NCBI GenBank assembly: GCA_964585945.1
Contig: CAZPGB010000006.1
Location: 7,724-71,723, forward strand
Length of the DNA stretch: 64,000 nt
DNA from: an uncultured bacterium
GTDB lineage: Bacteria; Eisenbacteria; RBG-16-71-46; CAIMUX01; WJJG01
Direction: 5' to 3'
The position numbers and the translations under genes were made by a program. The notes below the pieces were generated by a model that worked only from the letters and a program-made list of their open reading frames with translations, did no database searches and was not told the origin of the DNA. Shown in pieces: positions 44,716 through 54,760 of the stretch. Each line of letters begins with the position of its first letter. The first letter of the stretch is position 1.

Positions 44716-46623
44716 CTAGGAGAGACTGCGCGCGCGAATCTCTGCCTGCATCTTGGCCAAGAACGCATCGACCGGCGAGGGCCCGTGCACCTGGTTGTCG
44801 CGGGTGCGCACGTTGACCGCCCCGGCCTCGATCTCCTTGTCGCCGACCACGAGGATGTAGTTGACCTGATCGAGCTGGGCCTGTCGCACGCGCTTGCCCA
44901 GCGATTCGTTGCGCGCGTCGACCTCCACGCGGATGCCGCCCGCCGCCAGCTTCCCGCGCACCTGCTGCGCATACTCGGCGTGGGCGGCGGTGACCGGCAC
45001 CAGGCGGGCCTGCACCGGCGCGATCCAGAGCGGCAGCTTGCCCGCGGTGTGCTCGATCAGGACGCCGATGAACCGCTCCAGGCTCCCCAGGATGGCCCGG
45101 TGGAGCATCACCGGCCGGTGCGACTGGCCGTCGGCGCCCTCGTAGGTCAGATCGAAGCGTTCGGGCATCGAGAAGTCGACCTGCACCGTGCCGCACTGCC
45201 AGCGCCGCTTCAAGCAGTCGCGGATGTCGAAGTCGATCTTGGGTCCGTAGAAGGCCCCCTCGCCCTCGGCCACCACGTAGGTGAGTCCCAACCGGTCCAG
45301 CCCCACGCGCAGCGCCTCGGTGGCCAGGTCCCAGATCTCCTGGTCACCCAGGTACTCCGCGGGCTGCGTGGAGAGCTTGATCTCCGGATCGGGGAAGCCG
45401 AAGGTCCGGTAGACGTCGATGCAGAACTCGATCAGCTTGACCACCTCGTCGTTGAGCTGCTCGCGGGTGCAGAAGACGTGGGCGTCGTCCTGGGTGAAGG
45501 CGCGCACGCGGAAGAGTCCGTGCAACACGCCGGAGAGCTCGTTGCGGTGTACAAGTCCCAGCTCGGCCTGCCGAATGGGAAGGTCGCGGTAGGAGTGGAG
45601 GCGGCTCTTGTAGATCAGCAGCCCGCCGGGGCAGTTCATCGGCTTGACCGCGTGCGGCTTCTCGTCGATGTCGACGAAGTACATGTCCTCCCGGTAGTGG
45701 TCCCAGTGACCGCTGCGCAGCCACAGTTCCTGATTCAGGATGATGGGCGTGCGCACCTCGACATAGCCTCGGCGCCGGCATTCCTCGATGATGTAGCGTG
45801 AAAGCTCACTGAAGATGATGGTGCCCTTGTCGTGCCAGAACGGGAATCCCTGGCCTTCCTCGTGAAAGGAGAACAGGTCCAGGTTCTTGCCGATCAACCG
45901 GTGGTCGCGCTTCTTGGCCTCCTCGATCATGCGCAGGTGCTCGCGAAGCTGTTTGGGGTCGCCGAAGCTGATCCCGTAGATCCGCTGGAGCATCTGCTTC
46001 TCGGCGTCGGCCCGCCAGTAGGCGCCGGCGACTTTCAGCAGCTTGAACGCCTTGATGCGGTTCATGTCGGGGACGTGCGGACCCCGGCACAGGTCGATGA
46101 AACCCTCGCCCTGTCGGTAGGCGCTGATCGTCTCGTCGGCGGGCATCTCGGAGATCATCTCGACCTTGTACGGGTTGTCCTTGAAGACCTCCAGCGCTTC
46201 TTCGCGCGACAGCTCGACGCGCTTCAAGGGCCGTCCCTCGGAGACGATCTCGGCCATGCGCTGCTCGATGCGCTCGAGGTCCTCCGGACTGAAGGGCTCG
46301 TGATCGAAGTCGTAGTAGAACCCCTCCTCGACGACCGGGCCGATGGTGGGCTTGGCGTCGGGAAAGAGACTGGTCACCGCTTCGGCCATCAGGTGGGCCG
46401 AGCTGTGACGGAAGACATCCAGCCCCTCGGGGTCGTCAGGGGTCAGAATCCGCACCCGGCAGTCGGCGTCCACCGGGTGGCTCAGGTCGCGCATTTGACC
46501 ATCCACCTCGGCCGCCACGGCCCGCTTGGCCAGCTTCTTCGAGATTCGCTCGGCGATCTGGGTGAGGCTGCTGCCCGCCTCGACCTCGAGCACCTGCTCG
46601 TCGGGTAGGGTCACCTTGACCAT
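44716..46623 (-). CDS. thrS: Threonine--tRNA ligase
   Basis: TGS domain, RHSSAHL, DLCRGPH, KPMNCPG, FRVRAFTQDDAH, GAFYGPK, HRAILGSLERF. Confidence 0.98.
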   Translation of the reverse strand: MVKVTLPDEQVLEVEAGSSLTQIAERISKKLAKRAVAAEVDGQMRDLSHPVDADCRVRILTPDDPEGLDVFRHSSAHLMAEAVTSLFPDAKPTIGPVVEEGFYYDFDHEPFSPEDLERIEQRMAEIVSEGRPLKRVELSREEALEVFKDNPYKVEMISEMPADETISAYRQGEGFIDLCRGPHVPDMNRIKAFKLLKVAGAYWRADAEKQMLQRIYGISFGDPKQLREHLRMIEEAKKRDHRLIGKNLDLFSFHEEGQGFPFWHDKGTIIFSELSRYIIEECRRRGYVEVRTPIILNQELWLRSGHWDHYREDMYFVDIDEKPHAVKPMNCPGGLLIYKSRLHSYRDLPIRQAELGLVHRNELSGVLHGLFRVRAFTQDDAHVFCTREQLNDEVVKLIEFCIDVYRTFGFPDPEIKLSTQPAEYLGDQEIWDLATEALRVGLDRLGLTYVVAEGEGAFYGPKIDFDIRDCLKRRWQCGTVQVDFSMPERFDLTYEGADGQSHRPVMLHRAILGSLERFIGVLIEHTAGKLPLWIAPVQARLVPVTAAHAEYAQQVRGKLAAGGIRVEVDARNESLGKRVRQAQLDQVNYILVVGDKEIEAGAVNVRTRDNQVHGPSPVDAFLAKMQAEIRARSLS

Positions 46624-46738
46624 GATTCGAATCCTCACGCGTTACGTGAATCGGTCCGTGAGAAGGGCGGGGCTGCGGCCGGCCCCCCACGCTCCCCTCG
46701 GACCGATGCGGCTTGCGAGCATCTGTCCCGGTGCCGGA

Positions 46739-48319
46739 TCAGGGTTCGTTTTCCAGACCCGTCCCCACCGTGCGGAAACCGATGTTGTTGTCGCTGCTGT
46801 CCGGGAAGGCCGCCTGGCGCCAGAACGTCTGGCAGGCGATCGGCGTCGAGCGCCAGCCGCCGCCCTTGACGACCTTCATGCCCATGTTCGCGCCGCCGTG
46901 ATACGGTATGGCGGTGTCCTGGCACCACTCGGCCACATTGCCCGCCAGATCGTAGGCTCCATAGATGGAGCTGCCGTCCTCGGTCGCGTAGCCCCCGCGG
47001 TTGCGGCCGTCGTAGAATCCGCCCTCGGTCGTGCTGACTCCGACGCGCACGTCGAAGGGATCGCCGCTGCCGCTGTAGTTGTAGCGACGCGGATCGGAGT
47101 CGCTGCCCCACGGGTAGGCGGTGCCGAACCCCACCAGGACGCTGGTTGTATCGTCGATCACCACCAGCGTGTCCTCAACCGTACTTAGCGTGCCCCGCGC
47201 GGCTTTTTCCCACTCCAGCTCCGAGGGCAGCCGGCGGCCGAAGAATTCGGCGAAGGCCTTGGCCCCGTGCCAGCTCACCTCGACCACCGGATGATTCTCG
47301 CGGCCGGGCCGGGGCAGGAAGGCCCCGTTCTCGCCCTGGTTGGGGTCGTAGGTCAGACCGGCGTGCTCATCGCCGTCGGGGTAGACCTTGGCGTAGAGGA
47401 TGGCCTCGGGATTGTTCGTGACCACCAGTCCGTTCTCGACGATCACCCAGCGACCGTCGATCCGCTCCTGGAGAAACTGGGCGAAGAGCTGGTTGGAGAC
47501 CTCGAATCTGTCCATGTTGAAGTCGTCGACCCAGGCCACGCGGTCTTCGGGACAGTAGGTGTGGGGATCCTCCGGATAGAGCAGCCCGCAGTTGCCCCGC
47601 ACGAAATAGCCGGCCGGCACATCGATGTGCTCCACGCGCATACCGAAGCTGAAGGTGGGTGAGAGCGTGGTGGCGCCGTAATCATCGTAGGCGGCCACGC
47701 GCCAGTAGTAGAAGCGGGTGAACTCGGGCGTGGTGACCAGCCGGTAGGTGGAGCTGTCGGCGGTGGCGACCAGGTTCTCCTCCAGCGTGACCCGGGAATC
47801 GCTGTAGTGCACGCGGAAGTGGACCGGGTCGCCGTCGGGGTCGCTGGCCGACCAGGCCAGGCGCGTGACCGACATCAGGCCGAGCGAGCCGGTCTCGGGC
47901 TGGATCGCCCCGGGCTCCAGGTCGAAGATGGGCGGCTCGTTTTGCTCGGCCACACCCCAGACCGGCTCGGTGAGGTCGCCCGGGCGGCCGATCTGGTCGA
48001 AGCCCCGGACGCGGTAGTAGTACCGCTCGCCGGCTTCGACGGCGGTGTCGGTGAAGCCGGCGGCGTCGATGTCGAGCGTGTCGATCGGCGTGTAGCCGTC
48101 GTCCATCCGCAACGAGCGGAGCACCTCGTAGCCGGCCTCCGTGGTGGCCTGGTCAGTCCAGCTCAGGCGGAGCGAGTCGGGGGTGGTCATCGAGACGTGG
48201 ACCCAGGCCGGGGCGGTGGGGCCGGGGACGGTGACGCCCTCCACTTGGGTGTCGTCACTGCAGCCGGCGACAAGAAGCACCACGGCCGGCAGAGCGGCCA
48301 GCCATCCTGCGCGCGTCAT
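46739..48319 (-). CDS. Lipoprotein with FN3 domains and C-terminal FGE-sulfatase (SUMF1/PvdO-like) domain
   Basis: Lipobox VAGC; YYYRVR and YYWRV FN3 strands; HPVVEVSW, RLPSELEWEKAARG, DLAGNVAEW, IGFR. Confidence 0.88.
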   Translation of the reverse strand: MTRAGWLAALPAVVLLVAGCSDDTQVEGVTVPGPTAPAWVHVSMTTPDSLRLSWTDQATTEAGYEVLRSLRMDDGYTPIDTLDIDAAGFTDTAVEAGERYYYRVRGFDQIGRPGDLTEPVWGVAEQNEPPIFDLEPGAIQPETGSLGLMSVTRLAWSASDPDGDPVHFRVHYSDSRVTLEENLVATADSSTYRLVTTPEFTRFYYWRVAAYDDYGATTLSPTFSFGMRVEHIDVPAGYFVRGNCGLLYPEDPHTYCPEDRVAWVDDFNMDRFEVSNQLFAQFLQERIDGRWVIVENGLVVTNNPEAILYAKVYPDGDEHAGLTYDPNQGENGAFLPRPGRENHPVVEVSWHGAKAFAEFFGRRLPSELEWEKAARGTLSTVEDTLVVIDDTTSVLVGFGTAYPWGSDSDPRRYNYSGSGDPFDVRVGVSTTEGGFYDGRNRGGYATEDGSSIYGAYDLAGNVAEWCQDTAIPYHGGANMGMKVVKGGGWRSTPIACQTFWRQAAFPDSSDNNIGFRTVGTGLENEP

Positions 48320-48428
48320 AGCTCTTCCTCCGCAAGCTCATGATCGAAGTCCGACCCGCGGTAGCTGCCCGAGCGAGCCATGCCCGAACGACCCCCGCCG
48401 GCCGGTCCGCGAGGACTGACCCCCGGCA

Positions 48429-48908
48429 CTACTGTCCGTCCCCCTTGATGCAATCCAACTCCGACATCTGGGACAGCTTTTCGTTCTCCTTCATCAACGT
48501 GACGTCGAAGCTCATCTGGGGCCGCAGTTCCATGCGCGGCAGGCACGGGCTCCACAGCTCGAGATCCTTCGACTTCAGGCTCTCCCGCAGGATCAAGATC
48601 TCCGGGATGAGGTCGGGCTGCTCGGGCACGAACCAGACCAGCACGGTCCAGTCGATGTCCGGCAGGTAATCGACGTCGAGCGAGTAGGAGCCGCCGGCCT
48701 GCGATGTGGTCTCCGTCAGAAGGAAGCCCTCCTCGAACAGCTTGACCTTCACCCCGGCCAATCCTTGGCCGGAACTATCGGTGACCTTTCCCGTGAGCAC
48801 GCCGCGGGCCCTCGTCAGGCCTTCCGGGGTCGCACCCTGACCCCCGGCGCCGCCCGTCACCAACGCCATCGCCAGTATAGGCGGAATCACGAAGCGCAAG
48901 TGTCTCAC
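48429..48908 (-). CDS. Small exported protein with carboxypeptidase-regulatory-like domain
   Basis: SD AAGGAGG + GTG; signal peptide; LTGKVTDSSGQGLAGVKVKL. Confidence 0.72.
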   Translation of the reverse strand: MRHLRFVIPPILAMALVTGGAGGQGATPEGLTRARGVLTGKVTDSSGQGLAGVKVKLFEEGFLLTETTSQAGGSYSLDVDYLPDIDWTVLVWFVPEQPDLIPEILILRESLKSKDLELWSPCLPRMELRPQMSFDVTLMKENEKLSQMSELDCIKGDGQ

Positions 48909-48995
48909 TTCGGTACACCTCCTTGGAGAGCCCCCGCTCCAATCTGCGGCCGCGCACGGGCGAGAGCGTACGGCGCCCGCGAAAAGTTGCCGATC

Positions 48996-49024
48996 AACCT
49001 AGCAACCGACCCCAAGACCGTCAA
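48996..49024 (-). promoter_or_regulatory. Sigma70 promoter TTGACG-N17-TAGGTT (extended TG)
   Basis: Minus-strand -35 at 49019-49024, -10 at 48996-49001; drives the leftward unit. Confidence 0.5.
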
Positions 49025-49058
49025 GGCCAAAGAAACTCTGGACTTCTGAGCGAAACGC

Positions 49059-49087
49059 TTGCGCGATTTCGGGCCGTTTGCTACGTT
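49059..49087 (+). promoter_or_regulatory. Sigma70 promoter TTGCGC-N17-TACGTT (extended TG) for the mreB operon
   Basis: -35 at 49059-49064, -10 at 49082-49087; back-to-back with the leftward promoter. Confidence 0.45.
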
Positions 49088-49192
49088 GCCGGCGTTCAAC
49101 AGCCGAGCACAGGAGCCTATCTCGCCGATCGGCTCAAGTCTATGCCTTTCCCCTGCCTGTGGACAGGGATGTCCCGAGAGGGCCAGAAGCCC

Positions 49193-50227
49193 ATGTTCCT
49201 TTCGAAGCTCATCGGCTACATGACGAACGACGTGGCGATCGACCTCGGCACCGCGAACACCCTGGTGTATGTCAAAGGGCGGGGGATCGTCCTCAACGAA
49301 CCCTCCGTGGTGGCCGTCGAGAAGGCCACGCGCAAGGTCCTCGCCGTGGGGATGGAGGCCAAGGAGATGCTTGGCCGTACCCCCCAGGCGATCGAGGCGG
49401 TGCGTCCGATGAAGGACGGCGTCATCGCCGACTTCGAAATGACCGAGGAGCTCCTGCGCAAGCTGATCTCCAAGGTCCAGAAGCATCGCTTCATTGTTCA
49501 CCCCCGCATCATCGTCAGTGTTCCCTCCGGGATCACCGAAGTCGAGAAGCGAGCGGTGCGCGACTCGGCCGAGCGGGCCGGCGCCCGGGAGGTCTTCCTG
49601 GTGGCCGAGCCGATCGCGGCGGCCATCGGCGTCGGCCTGCCGGTGGAAAAGCCCCTGGGCAACATGGTGATCGACATCGGCGGCGGCACGACCGAGATCG
49701 CGGTGATGACCCTCAACGGCATCGTGCACGACACCAGTCTGCGGGTGGCGGGTGACAAGATGGACGAGGCGATCCAGCAGTATGTGAAACGCGCGTACAA
49801 CCTGCTGATCGGCGACCGGACGGCCGAGCGGATCAAGATGGAGATCGGCTCCGCGTTTCCGCTGGAAGAGGAGCTGGAGCTGGAGATCAAGGGGCGCGAT
49901 CTGATCGGCGGGATCCCCAAGACGATCAAGGTGACCTCGGTCGAGATTCGCGAGGCCCTGCAAGAGCCAATCAGCGCCATCGTGGAGGGACTGAAGCAGT
50001 CCCTGGAGCAGACCCCGCCCGAGCTGGCATCGGACATCGTCGATCGCGGCATCGTGATGACCGGGGGCGGCGCGCTTCTGCGTGGGCTCGACATGCTGCT
50101 GCGCGAGGCTACCAACCTCCCGATCACCGTGGCCGAGGACTCCCTGCTCTGCGTCGTGCTGGGGTGCGGGAAGATCCTCGACAACATCGAGGCCTACGAA
50201 AAGGTGCTCATGAAGAGCAACGCCTGA
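49193..50227 (+). CDS. mreB: Rod shape-determining protein MreB
   Basis: AIDLGTANTL, EPSVVA, DIGGGTTE, TGGGALL. Confidence 0.98.
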   Translation: MFLSKLIGYMTNDVAIDLGTANTLVYVKGRGIVLNEPSVVAVEKATRKVLAVGMEAKEMLGRTPQAIEAVRPMKDGVIADFEMTEELLRKLISKVQKHRFIVHPRIIVSVPSGITEVEKRAVRDSAERAGAREVFLVAEPIAAAIGVGLPVEKPLGNMVIDIGGGTTEIAVMTLNGIVHDTSLRVAGDKMDEAIQQYVKRAYNLLIGDRTAERIKMEIGSAFPLEEELELEIKGRDLIGGIPKTIKVTSVEIREALQEPISAIVEGLKQSLEQTPPELASDIVDRGIVMTGGGALLRGLDMLLREATNLPITVAEDSLLCVVLGCGKILDNIEAYEKVLMKSNA

Positions 50228-50251
50228 TCCAACGCCTGCGGAGTCGAATCG

Positions 50252-51073
50252 ATGAAGCGCAAGAGTGCCGCCTACCCCGGGATCGGCGACTGGGTGGCGC
50301 TGGTCGCGGCTGCGCTGCTCTCGATCGCGCTGCTCCTGGGCGGCACGTCGACGCGCTACCGCGTGGCCGAGCTGCTGCGCTCTTCGGTGCTCTACCCCTT
50401 CCGTCTGGTCAGCTCCTACGCCGCGCAGCCGGTCGACCCCGAGCGCGAGCTGACCCGGTTGCGGCGGCAGCTCGCCCGCAACCGGATCGACGCCGCGGCC
50501 CAGCGGGCGGCGCTGCGGGAGAACGAGCGGCTGCGCCGGCTGCTCGACTTCGTGGAAGGCCGGGAGCACCGGCTGCTGCCCGCGCTGGTGGTCGGGCGCA
50601 GCGCCGACCGGTTCGGCGAGGTGCTGACCCTGGGGCGCGGACGCGAGGACGGCGTCTTCGCCGGACAGACGGTGATCGGAATCGAAGGGCTGGTCGGCGT
50701 CGTGACGGGCACCGAGGGCGGGGAGTGCTGGGCCCGCACGCTGCGGCACGGCGCGGTGCCGGTCAGTGGTCTGCTCACCGCGACGCGCTACGTCGGACTG
50801 CTGCGCTGGAGCCCCGAGCGCCAGCTCCTGCGCTTCGAGGGGATCCCCGTGCACCACGACCTGCAGGTGGGCGAGGAGGTGGAGACCTCCGGCCACGGAC
50901 GGATCTTTCCCAAGGGGATCCCGGTGGGAACAGTGGTGTCGGTCGCCGACGACCGCACCGGACTGCTGAAGGAGATCTACGTGCGACCCCATGTGGATCT
51001 GGACCGCATCGAGGAGGTCTTCCTGCAGGTGCCCGCACCCCCCGATTCGTCGGCGACGGCCACGGAAGGATAG
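50252..51073 (+). CDS. mreC: Rod shape-determining protein MreC
   Basis: TM, ENERLRRLL coil, GLVG, TSG..FPKGIPVG; synteny. Confidence 0.92.
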   Translation: MKRKSAAYPGIGDWVALVAAALLSIALLLGGTSTRYRVAELLRSSVLYPFRLVSSYAAQPVDPERELTRLRRQLARNRIDAAAQRAALRENERLRRLLDFVEGREHRLLPALVVGRSADRFGEVLTLGRGREDGVFAGQTVIGIEGLVGVVTGTEGGECWARTLRHGAVPVSGLLTATRYVGLLRWSPERQLLRFEGIPVHHDLQVGEEVETSGHGRIFPKGIPVGTVVSVADDRTGLLKEIYVRPHVDLDRIEEVFLQVPAPPDSSATATEG

Positions 51074-51082
51074 GAAGAGGAC

Positions 51083-51577
51083 GTGTTCTATCTGCGCTAT
51101 CTGGTGCTCACCTTCGTCGTGCTGCTGCTCGATGCCACGCTGGTCCACCGCCTGGCCATCGGGTCGGTACGGCCCGACCTGGGTCTGGCCCTGGTGGTCT
51201 ACGCGGGACTCGCCGGAGGGGGGCGCGGCGGCACCCTGTTCGGCTTTCTGGTGGGATTGGTGCGCGGCTGCGCGCAGCCGGAGTGGCTGGGTGTCGACGC
51301 GCTGCTGTTCAGTCTGGTGGGGTTCGGGGCCGCCTACACCTCCCCGATGGTGAACCGTGAGCATCCGCTGGTGCAGGCGGGCCTCATCGCGCTGCTGCTC
51401 ATGGGCCACGATCTGCTCCGGGCGTTGATCGTCACGTCGGCGTCGCTGCCGCGCACGCTTCTGCTCTGGCTCAGCGTGTCGCCGGCGGCCGCCCTCTACA
51501 CGGGGCTGCTTGTGCCGCTGGCAGTGGCGCTGCTGCCGCGCGTGCTGATGGGGGACTCGCGGCGTGCCCTTTCCTGA
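51083..51577 (+). CDS. mreD: Rod shape-determining protein MreD
   Basis: RPDL..VVY, GFLVGL; hydrophobic; synteny. Confidence 0.88.
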   Translation: MFYLRYLVLTFVVLLLDATLVHRLAIGSVRPDLGLALVVYAGLAGGGRGGTLFGFLVGLVRGCAQPEWLGVDALLFSLVGFGAAYTSPMVNREHPLVQAGLIALLLMGHDLLRALIVTSASLPRTLLLWLSVSPAAALYTGLLVPLAVALLPRVLMGDSRRALS

Positions 51578-53450
51578 GAACCTCCGCGAGCGGCGCCGGC
51601 GGGCCTGGATCTACGGCGCCCTGGTGGCCGCCGTGCTGCTGCTCCTGACGGTCCGGCTCTTCCACTTGCAGATCGTCCGGGGCGAGAGCTATGTGGAGCT
51701 GGCCCGCGAGAACATGGTGCGCAGCGAGCCGATCCCCGCCCTGCGGGGCTGCATCTACGACCGCCACGGACGGCTGCTGGCGGGCAACCGGGCCAGCTTC
51801 AATCTCAGCCTCGAGGCGGGCCACCCCTTCTACGCGGACCGCGACCATCTGCGCTCGGCGGTGGCGGAGGCGGCCCGCATCCTCGGCCGCGACCCCGCCG
51901 AGCTGGAGCAGCGCGCCTTGCGCTACCGCACGATGTTCGAGCCGCTGCTGCTGGCGCGCGATCTCGATCAAGCCCTGTTGGCGCCCTTCGTCGAGCGCCT
52001 GCATCCGATCGCCGGGATCACGATCGACCAAGTGCCCCTGCGATGGAACCCCCACGGCGCTCTGGCGGCGCACGCCCTGGGCCACGTTGGCGAGATCAGC
52101 GAGGAGGAGCTGCAGGAAGCCGAGAAGGGGGTCTACCGTCGCGGCCAGCTCGTGGGCCGCTCGGGGCTCGAGCGCCAGTACGAGACGCTGCTGCGGGGCT
52201 TGGACGGGGAGACCTACGTGAAGGTCGATGCGCTGGGACGCAAGATCGACCTGTTCCCCGATCTGCCCCCCTCGGAGCCGCGTCCCGGGGCCGACCTGCA
52301 CCTGACCTTGGACGCCCGCCTTCAGCGCGTGGCCGAGGTGGCCCTCCAGCAGGCCCCGCGCGAGAGCGGCGCCGATGAGGCCCTGCGCGGGGCGGTGGTG
52401 GCCCTGGATCCCCTGACGGGCGAACTGCTGGTGTGCGCCAGCGCGCCGACGTTCGATCCCAACGCTTTCGCGCACGGGTTGACCACCGAGCAGTGGGCCG
52501 CTCTCAACGTGGCCGCGCACCCGTTGCTCAATCGCGTGACGCAAGCGGGCTATCCGCCGGGGTCGATCTTCAAGATCGCCACCACGCTGGCCGGCCTCGA
52601 CGGGCAGGTGATCACCCCCGACACCGCGCTCGGTCCTTGCTACGGCAGCTACACGTTCGGCAACCGGTCCTTCCGCTGCTGGAAGGCGGAGGGGCACGGT
52701 CGGGTCCGCCTGCTCCAGGCCTTCGCGCAGTCCTGCGACGTCTACTACTACCAGGTGGCGCGCGGCCTGGGCATGCGCCGGCTGCTCGCCTACCTGGACG
52801 CGCTGGAGCTGGATGTCACCACGGGGGTCGACCTGCCGCAGGAGCGCGAGGGTCTGGTGCCCACCATGGAGTGGTACCGGCGGCGGCTGGGGACCGAGCC
52901 GCCCGAGGGCAACGCCCTCAACCTGGGAATCGGCCAGGGCGAGATCATCCTCACGCCGTTGCAGCTCGCCAGCTTCGTGGCCGCGGTGGTGACCGACGGG
53001 CAGATGCGTCGCCCGCACGTGGCCCGCCGCGCGGTGGGAGCCGGGGGCGAGGTGGTCTGGGACTACGGTCCGCCCCAGATGGTGCACGACCTGGAGCTCT
53101 CCGCCGAGCGCCGCGATCTCGTCCGCGGGCTGATGGAGGAAGCCGTGGAAGGGGAGCGGGGCACCGGGGCGCGGGCGCGCGTGAGCGGCTGGCGCGTCGG
53201 GGGCAAGACCGGCACCGCCCAGAACCCGCACGGTGAGGACCACGCCCTGTTCGTCGGGGTGGCGCCCATCGACCGGCCCGGCATCGTCGTGCTGGTGGTG
53301 ATCGAGGAGTCGGGTCACGGCGGAACAGTCGCCGCGCCGGTGGCGCAGAAGGTCCTGGAGGCCTTCCTGCAGGAGGACACGCCGCCCATGACCGGCGGCA
53401 CGGCCCCCGTGAGCCGGCGGCCGTCCGAGACGCGGGGGGTGCCCGGATGA
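51564..53450 (+). CDS. mrdA: Penicillin-binding protein 2
   Basis: RGCIYDR, GLERQYE, PGSIFK (SxxK), SCD, KTGTAQ. Confidence 0.95.
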   Translation: MPFPENLRERRRRAWIYGALVAAVLLLLTVRLFHLQIVRGESYVELARENMVRSEPIPALRGCIYDRHGRLLAGNRASFNLSLEAGHPFYADRDHLRSAVAEAARILGRDPAELEQRALRYRTMFEPLLLARDLDQALLAPFVERLHPIAGITIDQVPLRWNPHGALAAHALGHVGEISEEELQEAEKGVYRRGQLVGRSGLERQYETLLRGLDGETYVKVDALGRKIDLFPDLPPSEPRPGADLHLTLDARLQRVAEVALQQAPRESGADEALRGAVVALDPLTGELLVCASAPTFDPNAFAHGLTTEQWAALNVAAHPLLNRVTQAGYPPGSIFKIATTLAGLDGQVITPDTALGPCYGSYTFGNRSFRCWKAEGHGRVRLLQAFAQSCDVYYYQVARGLGMRRLLAYLDALELDVTTGVDLPQEREGLVPTMEWYRRRLGTEPPEGNALNLGIGQGEIILTPLQLASFVAAVVTDGQMRRPHVARRAVGAGGEVVWDYGPPQMVHDLELSAERRDLVRGLMEEAVEGERGTGARARVSGWRVGGKTGTAQNPHGEDHALFVGVAPIDRPGIVVLVVIEESGHGGTVAAPVAQKVLEAFLQEDTPPMTGGTAPVSRRPSETRGVPG

Positions 53451-54676
53451 GCGTGCCCGCCTCCAGGAGGCCGATCTTCTGGGACCCGTGGTTGATCGTG
53501 CCCGTGATCCTGCTGGTAATCATCGGAGCGGTCACCGTTTACTCGGCCACAGTGCTGTCGCGCAGCGGTGAGGTGGGGCTGTTCCAGCGCCATCTGGTCT
53601 CGATCGGCTTGGGGGTCTTGCTGGCCCTGGTGATGGCCTGGCTGCCCCCGCGCATCCTCGAAGACCTGGCCCCGCTGTTCTACGCCGTGGCGGTGATCCT
53701 GCTGCTGCTCGTCCTGGTGGCCGGAGAGTCCTACGGCGGAGCCCGACGCTGGCTCTCCGTGGGTCCCGCGCGGTTCCAGCCGTCGGAGCCGGCCAAGATC
53801 GCGACGATTCTGTTCCTGGGCCACTACCTGGCCCGCAAGCGGTGCGACCTGTCGCGGTTCTGGTCATTGGCGGGCGCCCTGGCGATCGCGGCGATCCCTT
53901 TCCTGTTGGTGCTGCGGGAACCGGACCTGGGCACCTCGCTGGCGTTTGTGGCCATCGGAGGGGGCATGCTCCTGTGGGCGGGTCTCTCCTGGCTCACGCT
54001 GTTCGCCTTCGTCTCGCCGCTGATCGTGGCCCTGCTCTCGCCCTGGGTGCTCTTCTGGATTCCCTTCCTGATCGCCGCGGTCGCGCTGCTGCGCCACTAC
54101 CGGGTGGGCTGGCTGTTGATCGGCTTGTACGCGCTGCTGCACATCGGCATCGCCGTCGAGACCCCCCGCTTGTGGCGCAGCCTCGAGCCCTACCAGCGGG
54201 CCCGCTTGAGCACGTTCCTGAACCCGGAGCGGGAACCGGCCGGCGCGGGGTATCAGGTGATTCAGTCGAAGATCGCCATCGGCTCGGGCTGCATGACCGG
54301 TCAGGGGTACGGGCGCGGATCGCAAAAGGCGCTGGCCTTCCTGCCGCGCCAGCACACCGATTTCATCTACTCGGTGGTGGGGGAGGAGTGGGGCTTCCTG
54401 GGGGGCGGCCTGATCCTGCTGCTCTTCGGCGTCCTGCTGTTGCGCGCGCTGGCGTTGGCGCGCCTGATCCGTTCGCGTTTCGGATCGGTGGTGGCGGTGG
54501 GCGTGGTCTCACTGCTGTTCTATCACTGCGCGATCAACGTGGCGATGACGCTGGGCATGGCCCCGGTGACCGGCCTGCCGCTGCCGTTCATGAGCTTCGG
54601 CGGTTCCTTCATGGTGACGGCCCTGGCCGCGACGGGGCTGCTGCTGGGCGTGGCCGCTCGGCGTCGCGAACGGTGA
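53447..54676 (+). CDS. rodA: SEDS glycosyltransferase RodA
   Basis: GARRW, QPSE, PDLGT, QSKIAIGSG, HTDFI, TGLPLPFMSFGGS. Confidence 0.95.
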   Translation: MSVPASRRPIFWDPWLIVPVILLVIIGAVTVYSATVLSRSGEVGLFQRHLVSIGLGVLLALVMAWLPPRILEDLAPLFYAVAVILLLLVLVAGESYGGARRWLSVGPARFQPSEPAKIATILFLGHYLARKRCDLSRFWSLAGALAIAAIPFLLVLREPDLGTSLAFVAIGGGMLLWAGLSWLTLFAFVSPLIVALLSPWVLFWIPFLIAAVALLRHYRVGWLLIGLYALLHIGIAVETPRLWRSLEPYQRARLSTFLNPEREPAGAGYQVIQSKIAIGSGCMTGQGYGRGSQKALAFLPRQHTDFIYSVVGEEWGFLGGGLILLLFGVLLLRALALARLIRSRFGSVVAVGVVSLLFYHCAINVAMTLGMAPVTGLPLPFMSFGGSFMVTALAATGLLLGVAARRRER

Positions 54677-54760
54677 TCCCCGGTGATGGGCTGGTGATCG
54701 CGGGCCCGCGGCAGGCGGGATCTCAGGCCGAGACGTCTCTGACCGAAGGGAGCGGGCACG

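Noticed and set aside
43130-45196. Apparent 1079-aa giant glycosyltransferase
   Set aside because: Upstream part is an alternative frame over the flippase and thrS, typical of high-GC stop-codon scarcity
46624-46738. T-box or attenuator upstream of thrS
   Set aside because: Gap is only about 115 nt with no T-box consensus; only a weak GC hairpin
46739-46900. FGE/CLec C-terminus as a diversity-generating retroelement target
   Set aside because: No template repeat or reverse transcriptase seen in the window; cannot exclude a remote DGR
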